From the NCBI GenBank assembly GCA_963700145.1, contig OY969474.1, positions 2,336,001-2,400,000 on the forward strand: a stretch of DNA of 64,000 bases, written 5' to 3'. Each line of letters starts with the position of its first letter. Position 1 is the first letter of the stretch. The notes under the pieces are model-generated. The model was not told where the DNA came from. It was given only the letters and a program-made list of their open reading frames with translations, and made no database searches. The position numbers and the translations under genes are program-made. Positions 1 through 9,817 of the stretch are shown here, one piece after another. The DNA comes from an uncultured Acidobacteriota bacterium. Its GTDB lineage: Bacteria; Acidobacteriota; Thermoanaerobaculia; Multivoradales; UBA5704.

Positions 1-340
1 CGGCGAAGAGGCGGCCGAGGTCGGCGCGGGCCGTGCCCCAATACCCGAGGAGGAACCAGCCGACCAGCGTCGCCACCAAGATGCCGTGGAGAAGGAAGAG
101 CCGCGGCACGGTGAGGCCGGAGAGGTCCATCTCGGTCTCGAGCCCGAGCATGCCGAGCGGCGCGAAGACGCCGATCCAGAAGACGGCGGCGAGAAGGGCC
201 AGCGCGGCGCCGCGCCGCCAGGGGACGGCGAAGCCCGGCGGCAGCAGGCCCTTGGCGGCGCACAGGCGGTCGACGATGAAGGCGGCGGCGAGCGCCAGCA
301 GCGCGGGGCCGACGACGCGCAGGAGGTCGAGAGGGGTCAT
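1..340 (-). CDS. Integral membrane protein, N-terminal part (runs off the window edge); possibly CPBP/CAAX intramembrane protease family
   Basis: Manual translation from ATG at 340: MTPLDLLRVVGPALLALAAAFIVDRLCAAKGLLPPGF...; several hydrophobic helices; no stop before position 1. Family is a guess. Confidence 0.55.
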   Translation of the reverse strand, partial: MTPLDLLRVVGPALLALAAAFIVDRLCAAKGLLPPGFAVPWRRGAALALLAAVFWIGVFAPLGMLGLETEMDLSGLTVPRLFLLHGILVATLVGWFLLGYWGTARADLGRLFA

Positions 341-385
341 GGGCGGCGCCGGCGTGAAGCGGCCGGCGCCGCGGAGGCTAGCAGG

Positions 386-2365
386 TCATTCGAGCGGCTG
401 CGCCGCGCCGCTCGTGAGCGAGCCGTCGAGCAGCTCGCGGAACCGGCGGTGGGCCTCGCGCGCCACCTCCCCGTGCTGCCGCGCCAGCTCATTCTGCTGC
501 CGCGCCAGCTCATTCTGCTGCCGGGCCAGCTCCTGCTGCCGCTCGACGAGCTCCATCTGGTCGCTCTGGTCCGACATTCTGTCGTGCAGCTCGCGGATCT
601 TCCCGTCCAGCTCGCGGACCGCGCGGTCGAGTGCCGCGCGCTCCTCCTCGTCGACCCGCATCCGCTGCGCGTGGAGCTGCGACAGCTTGGCGTGGAGCTG
701 CCCCTGCTGCGCGGCCAGCTTCCCTTGCGCGCGTCCCAGCTCGCCCTGCTGCCTTCCCAGCTCACCCTGCTGCTTTCCCAGCTCTCCTTGCTGTCTGCCC
801 AGCTCCCCCTGCTTCCGGCCGAGCTCCCGCGGCGGCGCGAAGGCGGCCTCGACCTGCCGCAGGGTCTCCGCGTCGCGGATCAGGTACTCCTTGCCGTCGC
901 GCTCGAACCAGACGCCGCGGGCGGACGGACCGATGGCCCGCTTGGCGCGCGCGAAGTCGCCGCCGGTGCCGTTGACGAGGGCGTCGTCCTCGTCGCCGAG
1001 GATGACGACGAAGGCCTCGTCGTCCTCGTCGCGGAAGCCGTGGGAGTAGCCGTGGCCGCGCCCCAGGCGCGCCGGGACCGCGGGGATCGCCGGGACGGCG
1101 GGCACGGCGGGGACCGCCGGCATGGGCGCCAGTGCGGGTGCCGCAGGCACCGCGGGCACCGCCGGGACGGCCGCCACGGCGGGCGCGGCAGGCATCGCGG
1201 GCGCGAGGACGTGCATTGGCGGCACCGGGGGGACCGGAGGAATCGGGGGGACCGGGGCGACGGGGGCGACCGGGCCCAACGCGTGCGCGAGGGCGCCGGC
1301 GGGTGCGTCGGCGTGGGACGCGGCGGCCGCCTCGGCGGGCGGGGCCGTGGGCTCCTCCTCCTGTGCGACGAGCGTGAAGGGGAGCAGCGCCACGAGGGCC
1401 GCGGGGACGACCAGGGCCCACCAGCCGCGGTGGAAACGCTTGCCGGCGATCGATTGCTGCAGCATCTCGAGTCTCCTCTTGAGAGTGCGGAAGGACGGGG
1501 CCGCGCCGGCGAGGGCGAAGCGCGGCGGCGCCGCCGTCACGCCGAGCCGCACAAGCAGGCGGCCGTAGCGTTCGGGAGCCGGGCGCAGGAGGCGGAGGAC
1601 CTCCGCGTCGCAGGCGGCCTCGCGGGCAAGGGCGTACTCGCGCGCCGCCAGGCGCGCCAGCGGGTGGAAGAAGAGGAGCCGCTGCGCCAGGGCCGGCACC
1701 CAGCTCAGCCAGAGGTCGCCGCGCCGGAGGTGGAGCAGCTCGTGCGCGAGGGTGAGCGCCAGCTCCTCGCGCGAGAGCGTCGCGAGCGTGCGCGCCGGGA
1801 GGAGCACGCGCGGGCGGAGCGGGCCGACGACCTGCGGCGTCTCGATCTCCTCGGAGCCGAGGACCTCCACCTGCCTGCGCAGGCCGAGCGTCTGTTGGAG
1901 CTGGGTCAGGAGGCTAGAGAGCGCCGGATCGGCGACGGGCGCGGCGGCGCGCACCCTCGCGCGCAGGCGGCGGAGCTGGAAGCCGGCGACGACGAGCTGC
2001 GCGAGGAGCCCGGCGCCCCAGAGCGTCACCGCGAGGAGGGTCCAGTCGACGCGCGCCGATGGCGGTGCGGCGGGCGCGGGCGCCTCGATGCGCGCCGTCT
2101 GCGGAGCCACGAGCGGCGCCGGCATGGCTGCCAGCTCCATCTTCCCTACCCCGCTCTTCTCCGCGGCCGGCAGCACCGGCAGCGGCACCGGCGCGGTCCA
2201 GGCCAGCGCGACGAGGAGCTTCAAGCAGACGAGCCACCAGAGCGCGCAGCGCAGCGCGGCCGGCAGGCGCGGCACGAGACGGCAGAGCGCCCACACCGCG
2301 GCGACCGCGAGCGCGCCCTGGAGCGAGGCGCGGAGGAGGGCCGCGGCGAGGAGGTCGGCGCTCAT
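386..2365 (-). CDS. BlaR1/MecR1-like M56 family membrane metallopeptidase
   Basis: N-terminal TM helices, zinc motif LAHELLH, REAACD and LKRRLEML motifs; directly downstream of a BlaI-family gene. Confidence 0.9.
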   Translation of the reverse strand: MSADLLAAALLRASLQGALAVAAVWALCRLVPRLPAALRCALWWLVCLKLLVALAWTAPVPLPVLPAAEKSGVGKMELAAMPAPLVAPQTARIEAPAPAAPPSARVDWTLLAVTLWGAGLLAQLVVAGFQLRRLRARVRAAAPVADPALSSLLTQLQQTLGLRRQVEVLGSEEIETPQVVGPLRPRVLLPARTLATLSREELALTLAHELLHLRRGDLWLSWVPALAQRLLFFHPLARLAAREYALAREAACDAEVLRLLRPAPERYGRLLVRLGVTAAPPRFALAGAAPSFRTLKRRLEMLQQSIAGKRFHRGWWALVVPAALVALLPFTLVAQEEEPTAPPAEAAAASHADAPAGALAHALGPVAPVAPVPPIPPVPPVPPMHVLAPAMPAAPAVAAVPAVPAVPAAPALAPMPAVPAVPAVPAIPAVPARLGRGHGYSHGFRDEDDEAFVVILGDEDDALVNGTGGDFARAKRAIGPSARGVWFERDGKEYLIRDAETLRQVEAAFAPPRELGRKQGELGRQQGELGKQQGELGRQQGELGRAQGKLAAQQGQLHAKLSQLHAQRMRVDEEERAALDRAVRELDGKIRELHDRMSDQSDQMELVERQQELARQQNELARQQNELARQHGEVAREAHRRFRELLDGSLTSGAAQPLE

Positions 2366-2366
2366 C

Positions 2367-2753
2367 TCAGCCCTCCTCCTTCCGCGCCCGCAGGCGGCCG
2401 ACCAGCTCCTCCAGCTCCGCCAGCTCCTCCTCGGTGACCTCGGCGTTCTCGGCGAGGTAGGCGACGAAGGGCGAGACCGACCCCGCGAGCGTGCGCTCGA
2501 CGAAGGCGCTCACCGCGCCGCGCAGCACCTCGTGCGCCGGCACCGGCGAGACGTAGTGATAGACCCCGTCCACCTGCCGCCGGTGGAGGTGCCCCTTCTG
2601 GCGCAGCCGCTCCATCATGGTGAGCACCGTCGAGCGCGCCAGCCCGCGCGGCGCACCGAAGCCCTCGGCGACCTGGCCGACGGTCGAAGGCCCCTGCTCC
2701 GCGACGTGGCGGAGCAGCGCCAGCTCCTGGTCCCCGATCGACTTGGCGGGCAT
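2367..2753 (-). CDS. BlaI/MecI/CopY family transcriptional repressor
   Basis: IGDQELALL...[19 protein letters not shown]...[17 protein letters not shown]; ATG at 2753 with upstream GGAG. Confidence 0.9.
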   Translation of the reverse strand: MPAKSIGDQELALLRHVAEQGPSTVGQVAEGFGAPRGLARSTVLTMMERLRQKGHLHRRQVDGVYHYVSPVPAHEVLRGAVSAFVERTLAGSVSPFVAYLAENAEVTEEELAELEELVGRLRARKEEG

Positions 2754-2774
2754 CTCCGGTCTCTCCAACGGCGG

Positions 2775-2804
2775 ATGGTACCGGGTGACTACAACTGTCG
2801 TCAA
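2775..2804 (-). promoter_or_regulatory. Sigma70-like promoter overlapped by a BlaI/CopY-type operator
   Basis: Minus strand TTGACG-N18-TACCAT; imperfect palindrome TGACTACA-AC-TGTCGTCA at 2786-2803 resembles the TACA-NN-TGTA box. Confidence 0.7.
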
Positions 2805-2923
2805 GAGGGGTTTCCGGCGTGCTATCCTTCCCGCCCGGTGCGCACCCCGCGCCAACCGCGCCAATCCCCACGAGTGCCGTCGAGAGCCCGGCGCGAAAGC
2901 TTTCGCGCTCCAGGAGGACCGCC

Positions 2924-4183
2924 GTGAGCCGTTATCCAGGCGTCGATTTCCTCGAGCTGGACCCCCTCCTCTCCGAGGAGGAGCGGCTGGTGCGCGACAC
3001 CGTCCGCGAGTTCGTCGAGGACAAGGTCAAGCCGATCATCGAGGAGTGCCACCGCGAGGCGCGCACCCCGCTCGAGCTGGTCCCCGAGATGGGGCGCCTC
3101 AACCTCTTCGGCGCCACCATCGCCGAGTACGGCCTCCCCGGCCTCAACAACGTCGCCTACGGCCTCATCATGCAGGAGCTCGAGCGCGGCGACTCGGGGC
3201 TGCGAAGCTTCGTCTCGGTCCAGAGCTCGCTCGTCATGTACCCCATTTACACCTTCGGCTCGCCCGAGCAGAAGGACCGCTGGGTCCCGGCCCTGGCCTC
3301 CGGCGAGGCGATCGGCTGCTTCGGCCTGACCGAGCCGGACTTCGGCTCCAACCCCGGCGGCATGCGCACGACGGCGCGGCGCGACGGCGACTCGTGGGTG
3401 CTCAACGGCTCGAAGCAGTGGATCACCAACGGCACCCTCGCCGACGTGGCGGTCGTCTGGGCGAAGACGCCCGACGGGGTGCGCGGCTTCCTGGTCCAGA
3501 AGGGCACGCCCGGCTACACCTCCTCCGACCAGCACGGCAAGTTCTCGCTCCGCGCCTCGACGACCTCCGAGCTCGGTTTCCACGACTGCCGCATCCCGGC
3601 GGCGAACCTGCTCCCCGGCACGACGGGCCTCAAGAGCGCGCTCATGTGCTTGAACCAGGCGCGCTACGGCATCGCCTGGGGCGGCCTGGGCGCGGCGATG
3701 GAGTGCTACTGGACGGCCCTCGAGTACGCCAAGCAGCGCCTCCAGTTCGGCGGCCAGCCGATCGCCTGCCACCAGCTGGTGCAGGAGAAGCTGGTGTGGA
3801 TGGTCTCCGAGATCAGCAAGGGGCAGCTCCTCGCCCTCCAGCTCGGCCGGCTCAAGGACCGCGGGCGCCTCAAGCCCCATCAGGTCTCGCTCGGCAAGCG
3901 CAACAACGTCTGGGTGGCGCGCGAGTGCGCGAAGCTGGCGCGCGAGGTGCTCGGCGCCAACGGCATCGTCGACGACTACCCGGTCATCCGCCACATGCTC
4001 AACATCGAGTCGGTCTTCACCTACGAGGGGACGCACGACATCCACGCCCTGGTCATCGGCGAGGCCATCACCGGGATCCCGGCCTACAACCCGCCGGAGC
4101 GGCAGCCGCGCGAGCCGCGGGCGAAGGCCAAGCCGGCGCCCGAGGAGGCGGAGACTGCGCCGGCCCTCGAGGGCGCCCGCTGA
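2924..4183 (+). CDS. Acyl-CoA dehydrogenase, glutaryl-CoA dehydrogenase-like
   Basis: [34 protein letters not shown] motifs; GTG at 2924 after AGGAGG. Confidence 0.9.
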   Translation: MSRYPGVDFLELDPLLSEEERLVRDTVREFVEDKVKPIIEECHREARTPLELVPEMGRLNLFGATIAEYGLPGLNNVAYGLIMQELERGDSGLRSFVSVQSSLVMYPIYTFGSPEQKDRWVPALASGEAIGCFGLTEPDFGSNPGGMRTTARRDGDSWVLNGSKQWITNGTLADVAVVWAKTPDGVRGFLVQKGTPGYTSSDQHGKFSLRASTTSELGFHDCRIPAANLLPGTTGLKSALMCLNQARYGIAWGGLGAAMECYWTALEYAKQRLQFGGQPIACHQLVQEKLVWMVSEISKGQLLALQLGRLKDRGRLKPHQVSLGKRNNVWVARECAKLAREVLGANGIVDDYPVIRHMLNIESVFTYEGTHDIHALVIGEAITGIPAYNPPERQPREPRAKAKPAPEEAETAPALEGAR

Positions 4184-5163
4184 TGTCGCTCGACCGGCGC
4201 CTCGAGCAGGACTTCATCCGCGTCACCGAGCAGGCGGCGATCGCCGCCGCCAAGACGATGGGCTACGGCGACCGCCACGACTCCGACCGCGTCGCCGTCG
4301 AGGCCATGCGGCGCGAGATGGACTCGCTCGAGATGGACGGCCGGGTGGTGATCGGCGAGGGGGAGCGCGACCAGGCGCCGATGCTTTTCGTCGGCGAGCA
4401 GCTCGGCGCGGCGCGCGGCAAGGACGGGGCGCTGGCGGTGGACATCGCCGTCGATCCGCTCGAAGGCACCAACCTCTGCGCTACCGGCGCGCCGGACGCC
4501 ATCGCCGTCCTCGCCGCCGCCGAGCGCGGCGGCCTCCTCTACGCCCCCGACATCTACATGGAGAAGATCGTCGTCGGCCCGACGGCGCGCGGCTCGGTGC
4601 ACATCGACGCGCCGGTGGCCGAGAACCTGCGCAACTTGGCGCAGGCCTTCGGGCGGAAGGTCAGCGACCTGACCGTCGTCGTCCTCGACCGCGAGCGGCA
4701 CCGGCAGCTCGTCGCCGACATCCGCGATTCCGGGGCGCGCATCCGCCTGATCGCCGACGGCGACCTCTCGGCCGGCATCGCCGCGGCGGTGCGCGGCACC
4801 GGCGTGCACGCGGTGATGGGGATCGGCGGCGCGCCGGAAGGGGTGATCACCGCCGCCGCCATGCGCTGCCTGGGCGGCGAGATCCAGGCGCGCCTGCGGC
4901 CGCTCGGCGAAGCCCAGGAGGCGCGCGCCAGAGAGCTGGGGACCGACGTCGCCAAGATCTACCGCACCGAAGACCTCGCCCCCGGCGAGCAGATCCTCTT
5001 CGCCTCGACCGGCGTCACCGACGGCGAGTTGCTGCGCGGCGTGCGCTTCTTCGGCGGCGGCTCGCGCACCTCGACCCTCTTCATGTCGCTGTCGCGGCAC
5101 CTCATCCGCTTCGTCGACACCATCCACCGCGAGCAGGTGACCACCCCGGTCCGCTTCGTGTGA
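4183..5163 (+). CDS. glpX: Class II fructose-1,6-bisphosphatase
   Basis: [42 protein letters not shown] motifs; TGATG overlap with the upstream gene. Confidence 0.95.
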   Translation: MSLDRRLEQDFIRVTEQAAIAAAKTMGYGDRHDSDRVAVEAMRREMDSLEMDGRVVIGEGERDQAPMLFVGEQLGAARGKDGALAVDIAVDPLEGTNLCATGAPDAIAVLAAAERGGLLYAPDIYMEKIVVGPTARGSVHIDAPVAENLRNLAQAFGRKVSDLTVVVLDRERHRQLVADIRDSGARIRLIADGDLSAGIAAAVRGTGVHAVMGIGGAPEGVITAAAMRCLGGEIQARLRPLGEAQEARARELGTDVAKIYRTEDLAPGEQILFASTGVTDGELLRGVRFFGGGSRTSTLFMSLSRHLIRFVDTIHREQVTTPVRFV

Positions 5164-5648
5164 TCAAGCCAGACCGCTGGATCCGCGAGTGGGCGCGCGG
5201 CGGCGGCGTGGACCCCTTCGAGGAGGGGCAGGTCAACGCCGCGAGCTACGACGTGCGGGTCTCCGACCACTGGATCTGCCCCACCCGCGAGCCCGAGGAG
5301 TTCAGCGCCCCGCACATCAAGCTCTTCCCCGGCGAGGTGGTCCTCGCCTCGACCATCGAGTACGTCCGCATCCCGCGCACGGTCGCCTGCGACCTGAAGC
5401 TCAAGTCCACCCTGGGCCGGGTCTGGATCAACCACTCCCTGGCCGGCTGGTGCGACCCCGGCTTCGAAGGCAACATCACCCTCGAGCTCCAGAACCTGGG
5501 CCCCGAGCCCTTCGTCCTCGAAGCCGGCCGCCGCATCGCCCAGCTCATCTTCGTCGCGATGGAGTCCGAGCCCGAGATCGCCTACGGCGACCCCGGCTCC
5601 TCCAGCCACTACCAGGGGCAGAAAGGGACGACGAAGGCGCGAGGATAG
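5160..5648 (+). CDS. dcd: dCTP deaminase
   Basis: [43 protein letters not shown] motifs. Confidence 0.9.
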   Translation: MIKPDRWIREWARGGGVDPFEEGQVNAASYDVRVSDHWICPTREPEEFSAPHIKLFPGEVVLASTIEYVRIPRTVACDLKLKSTLGRVWINHSLAGWCDPGFEGNITLELQNLGPEPFVLEAGRRIAQLIFVAMESEPEIAYGDPGSSSHYQGQKGTTKARG

Positions 5649-5664
5649 CGCTCCGAGGACGAAC

Positions 5665-5865
5665 TCAATCCTCTTCGAAGCGGGCGATGAGCTCGCGCAC
5701 GACCGGCACGAGCTTGACGGGAACTTCCATCAGCGTCTCAGTCGGCCGCGAGAGCGTTTCCTCGTGCTCGATGGCGGCTTCTTCATCGCTCTGGTTCTCG
5801 TAGTAGTCGAGAACCTCACGGACTCTCTTCTCGTCCCAGCCGGCAGGAAGTTGGTCTGCTCTCAC
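5665..5865 (-). CDS. Small acidic protein, putative orphan antitoxin
   Basis: 66 aa, PAGWDEKRVREVLDYYENQSDEEAAIEHE...; resembles small proteins found downstream of toxin genes (recalled). Confidence 0.6.
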   Translation of the reverse strand: MRADQLPAGWDEKRVREVLDYYENQSDEEAAIEHEETLSRPTETLMEVPVKLVPVVRELIARFEED

Positions 5866-5891
5866 TTGCGTCTCCTACGGCGGCGGCACGA

Positions 5892-6161
5892 TCACCGGCG
5901 GTCTTCGAGCACGATCTCGGCCGCGCGATTCCCCTTCAGCCGCGGCGGGCGTTTCGCGCCGCGCGGCTTCCCTCCGCTCCAGCTCGCGCGGCCCGCCGCC
6001 ACGAGTTCCCCGGCCGCGCGCGCCGGCGCGCCCTGCTCGAAGGGTGCGAGAAGAGCGACCGGCCGGCCACGATCGGTGATGACGATCCGCTCCCCTTCAC
6101 CGACGCGGCGGAGGTACTTGCTCAATCCGTCCCTTAAGACTTTGACTCCGACCTGCGTCAT
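5892..6161 (-). CDS. Phd/YefM family antitoxin
   Basis: MTQVGVKVLRDGLSKYLRRVGEGERIVITDRGRPVALLAP is a typical Phd/YefM N-terminus. Confidence 0.85.
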   Translation of the reverse strand: MTQVGVKVLRDGLSKYLRRVGEGERIVITDRGRPVALLAPFEQGAPARAAGELVAAGRASWSGGKPRGAKRPPRLKGNRAAEIVLEDRR

Positions 6162-6182
6162 GCCCATTCCCGTGGCCGGCGC

Positions 6183-7070
6183 TCAGCTCCCGAGCTGGAA
6201 GGGCGGGACGAAGCCCGCGACGTTCTTGATCAGGATGGCCGGGCGGCCGCTGTCGGCGGCGTCGGGGATGTTGAGGCAGGTGCCGTCGTCGTTCATCTGC
6301 GAGCGCTTGGTGAAGCCGACCGGCGGGCCGGTGGTGTCCGGGATGTAGGCGTTGCCGCCCTTGAGCGCGGCGATGACGAGCAGGTTGTTGAACGCGGCCG
6401 GCGCCGTGATGAAGGGGCCGGTGGTGCAGGTGTCGTCGGTGAAGTAGAGGTCGCCCACCCGCCCGAACAGGCGCGGCCGCTCGACGCCGAGCGAGAAGAG
6501 GACGCCCTCCTCGTCGATCAGCACGTCCGCCGGGTAGAGGAACTCGCCGACGAGCTGCGGCGTGGGGAGGGTGTTGTCGTAGACCAGGCGGACCGCGCTC
6601 GGCCCCGGCGGTCCCTCGGGCCCCTCGGGTCCGGGCGGACCCGGCGGGCCGGGAGGACCGGGCGGCCCCGGCGCGCCGTCCGCCCCGTCGGCGCCGGGTG
6701 GCCCGGCGGGGCCCTGCGTGCCGAGCGTGACGTCGATGGCGTAGATCTGGGTCGCGGCCGGGCCGGAGCTGACGAGGAGCACGTAGGTCCCCGGGTCCGT
6801 CGTTGCGAGCTGCGCCGAGATCGTCGAGTCGGTCGAGGCGAGGACCGCCAGCTCGGTGAAGCTCCCCCCCGGGCCGCCCAGGAAGACCTGCGGATCCGCG
6901 CCGAAGTGCTTCCCCTCGATCGCCAGCGTGGCGGTCCCGAGGTCGGCCACGACCTGGGTGACGACGAGCTGCGGCGGCGGGTTGCCCCCGCGGTCGGCGC
7001 CCGCCGGCGCGGCGAAGGCGAGGCACAGCACGAGAGCGGCGCAAACGGTCCAGCTCAGCTTCCTGGCCAT
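6183..7070 (-). CDS. Secreted collagen-like protein with an N-terminal IPT/TIG-like domain
   Basis: Signal peptide, LAIEGKHFG...PGTYVLLVS Ig-like segment, 14 Gly-X-Y triplets at 6597-6722; GGAGG RBS. Confidence 0.8.
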   Translation of the reverse strand: MARKLSWTVCAALVLCLAFAAPAGADRGGNPPPQLVVTQVVADLGTATLAIEGKHFGADPQVFLGGPGGSFTELAVLASTDSTISAQLATTDPGTYVLLVSSGPAATQIYAIDVTLGTQGPAGPPGADGADGAPGPPGPPGPPGPPGPEGPEGPPGPSAVRLVYDNTLPTPQLVGEFLYPADVLIDEEGVLFSLGVERPRLFGRVGDLYFTDDTCTTGPFITAPAAFNNLLVIAALKGGNAYIPDTTGPPVGFTKRSQMNDDGTCLNIPDAADSGRPAILIKNVAGFVPPFQLGS

Positions 7071-7165
7071 GGCGGCCTCCTTCCTCCAGTCGAATCGTGG
7101 GGCGCTGCCGGAGACTGTGGCATGCGGGTCAGAAGGGGTCAACAGGGCGGAGGGGAAGCGCGCGG

Positions 7166-8395
7166 TCAGCGCCGCAGCCGCGCGTCGAGGAGGAGGAACG
7201 CCGCGCAGAGGAGCGCGCCGGCGGCGGCCGTGCCGGTCCACACCGCGCGCGGCCCGAGGTGCTGGTAGACCCAGGTGCCGACGATCGGCGCCACCGTGAA
7301 GGCGACGGCGAAGGAGAGGGTGAAGAGGCCCATGTAGCGCCCCTCGGCGCGGCCGGCGGCGCGCGTCGCTACCCACCCCTGGAGCATCGGGAAACTCAGC
7401 ATCTCCCCGAGCGTCCAGATCGGCACCGTCGCCGCCACGAAGGCGAAGCCCGAGCCGTAGGGCAGGAGGCCGAAGCCGACGCCGACGAAGAGCGCCCCCA
7501 GCGCCGCGACGCGCAGCGGCGGCCGGTCGCGCAGCCCGTGCACCAGGAGCATCTCGAGGCAGACGATGATCAGCGTGTTGATCCCGAGCGGCAGCCCGAC
7601 CTGCGCCTCCGAGAAGCCGTGGACGTCGCGCAGGGTCAACGGGTAGGTGGAGAGGATCTGGAAGAAGACGATCGAGAGGAGCAGCGTCAGCCCCACCACC
7701 GCCAGGAACTCGCCGTCGCGCCAGGGCGAGGCCTCGCCGCCGGTGCGCCGCTCGGCCGCCGCCGCCGGCGCCCCGCCGCGCACGCGGAAGGCCGCCCAGA
7801 GCAGCAGCGCCGCCGCCAGGCACGTGCCGCCGTCGGCCAAGAAGAGCCAGCGGTAGCTGTGGACGGCGAGGAACCCCGCCGCCACCGGGCCGATCATCAT
7901 CCCCAGGTTGGTGGCCAGCCGGATGAGCGCGTAGGAGCGCGTGAGCACCGCGGCCGGCGCGGCGCGCACCATCGCCGAGGCCACCGCCGGCCGGAACCCT
8001 TCGCCGACGACGCTGAGCAGGAAGACGCCGGCGGCGATCGCCGGCTTGGCGCGCAGCTCGCCGAGCACCAGGAAGCCGAGCCCGCCGAGCACCAGGCTCC
8101 CGCCCATGACGCGCTTCGCCTCGAGCCGGTCGCAGAGCCAGCCGCCTAAGTAGGCGCCGGCGATGGCGCCGAGTCCGTAGAGCCCCATCACCCCGCCGGC
8201 GCCCGCCGGCGTGAACCCCCGCCGCTCGGTCAGGTAGAGGGCGAGGAACGGCAGCACCATCGTGCCGCTGCGGTTGACCAGGGTGACCGTGGCGAGGAGC
8301 CAGACGGCGCGCGGCAGCCCGGAGAAGGCGGCGCGGTAGGCCCCCGCCACCGAGCGGAACGGCAGCGCCACCGTCCGCGCCAGCGGCAGGCTCAC
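7166..8395 (-). CDS. MFS transporter
   Basis: About 12 hydrophobic segments, [14 protein letters not shown] loop motif; GTGA overlap with mpg. Confidence 0.9.
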   Translation of the reverse strand: MSLPLARTVALPFRSVAGAYRAAFSGLPRAVWLLATVTLVNRSGTMVLPFLALYLTERRGFTPAGAGGVMGLYGLGAIAGAYLGGWLCDRLEAKRVMGGSLVLGGLGFLVLGELRAKPAIAAGVFLLSVVGEGFRPAVASAMVRAAPAAVLTRSYALIRLATNLGMMIGPVAAGFLAVHSYRWLFLADGGTCLAAALLLWAAFRVRGGAPAAAAERRTGGEASPWRDGEFLAVVGLTLLLSIVFFQILSTYPLTLRDVHGFSEAQVGLPLGINTLIIVCLEMLLVHGLRDRPPLRVAALGALFVGVGFGLLPYGSGFAFVAATVPIWTLGEMLSFPMLQGWVATRAAGRAEGRYMGLFTLSFAVAFTVAPIVGTWVYQHLGPRAVWTGTAAAGALLCAAFLLLDARLRR

Positions 8396-9066
8396 GGCGT
8401 CTCCGCGTTCCCGCGCCGCGGCGCCCGCGGCCAGGGGTGGGGGCGCGAGACGTGCTGGTTGCCACGAATGGCGAAGCGGAGCGGCCAGGCGGCCGCCTCG
8501 CCGGAGTAGTCGACGCCGATGCGCGGGCCGACCGCGACCTCGGCGTCCGCCACCGGCTCGCCGGCGGCGATCCAGAGGGGCGGCCGGCCGAGCGGCGCGC
8601 CGTCCAGCGCGCGGTCGATGGCGAGCGCCTGGCAGAGGCGGCCCGGTCCGCCCGCGAGGTCGCCGGGGCGCGGCGCCCGCGCCAGGCCGCGCAGCGCGCG
8701 CATGCGCTCCTCCCCCGCCACCGGCTCGCCGCCGCGGATCAGCACCGCGCTCCCCACCCCCGCCTCGCCGGTCACCGCGTTCAGGCACCAGTACATGCCG
8801 TAGATGAAGTAGACGTAGGCGAAGCCGCCGGCGCGGTAGAGGCTCTCGTTGCGCGGCGTCCGCCGCCCGCCGAAGGCATGGCTGGCGCGGTCGGGGGCGC
8901 CGAGGTAGGCCTCGGTCTCGACCAGCCGCAGCACCAGCCGCTCGCCGTCCAGCTCGCGCACCAGGTGCCGCCCGAGCAGGTCGCGCGCCACCTCCTCGGC
9001 CGGGCGGCGGTAGAAGGCGGCCGGCAGCGGGCGGAGGCGCGGGCGGCGCGCGGGCGCTGGCGACAC
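8392..9066 (-). CDS. mpg: DNA-3-methyladenine glycosylase (AAG/MPG type)
   Basis: [39 protein letters not shown] motifs. Confidence 0.92.
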   Translation of the reverse strand: MSPAPARRPRLRPLPAAFYRRPAEEVARDLLGRHLVRELDGERLVLRLVETEAYLGAPDRASHAFGGRRTPRNESLYRAGGFAYVYFIYGMYWCLNAVTGEAGVGSAVLIRGGEPVAGEERMRALRGLARAPRPGDLAGGPGRLCQALAIDRALDGAPLGRPPLWIAAGEPVADAEVAVGPRIGVDYSGEAAAWPLRFAIRGNQHVSRPHPWPRAPRRGNAETP

Positions 9067-9100
9067 GGGGCGCGACGATAGCAAGCGCTACAATCCTCCG

Positions 9101-9817
9101 GTGCCCGAGCCCGCCGCGCTGACCGCCGCCGCGCCGCCCTTCCCGACTCTCTTCGCCGAGCTGCCCGCGCCGCTCGCGGCGCGCTTCGATCCGGCGGCGC
9201 CGTGGGCGCTGCTCGGCGAGCCGCTCGACGCCCTCTTCGCGGCGCTGCCGGACGACGACGTCCAGGTCCGGCTGCCGCCGGACGTCCACCTCGCCGGCAA
9301 CAAGATCGTCATCGAGCGCGGCGTGCGCCTCCATCCCGGCGCGGTGATCGAGGGGCCGGTCTTCATCGGCCGCGGCACCGAGGTCCGGCCCGGCGCCTAC
9401 GTCCGCGGCGGCGTCTGGATCGGCGAGGACTGCGTCGTCGGCGCCAACGTCGAGATCAAGCACGCCATCCTCCTCGCCCACGCCAAGGTACCGCACCTCT
9501 CCTACGTCGGCGACTCGGTGCTCGGCGCCGGCGTCAACCTCGGGGCCGGCACCGTCCTCTCGAACTTCCGCCACGACGGCGGCGAGATCCGCATCCCCCT
9601 GCCCGGCGGCGGGTCGCTCCCGACCGGCCGGCGGAAGCTCGGCGCGGTGCTCGGCGACGGCGTCCTGACCGGCTGCAACTGCGTCCTCCACCCGGGGTGC
9701 GTCGTCGGGCGCGGGACGCAGATCTACCCGGGCGTGCAGCTCCGCCCCGGCCTCTACCCGGAGCGCAGCATCGTCAAGCTCCGCCAGGAGCTGGAGGTGG
9801 TGCCGCTCTCGACTTGA
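9101..9817 (+). CDS. Left-handed beta-helix (GlmU C-terminal-like) acyltransferase
   Basis: Hexapeptide repeats, PHLSYVGDSVLG, NLGAGT, RKLGAVLGD. Confidence 0.8.
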   Translation: MPEPAALTAAAPPFPTLFAELPAPLAARFDPAAPWALLGEPLDALFAALPDDDVQVRLPPDVHLAGNKIVIERGVRLHPGAVIEGPVFIGRGTEVRPGAYVRGGVWIGEDCVVGANVEIKHAILLAHAKVPHLSYVGDSVLGAGVNLGAGTVLSNFRHDGGEIRIPLPGGGSLPTGRRKLGAVLGDGVLTGCNCVLHPGCVVGRGTQIYPGVQLRPGLYPERSIVKLRQELEVVPLST

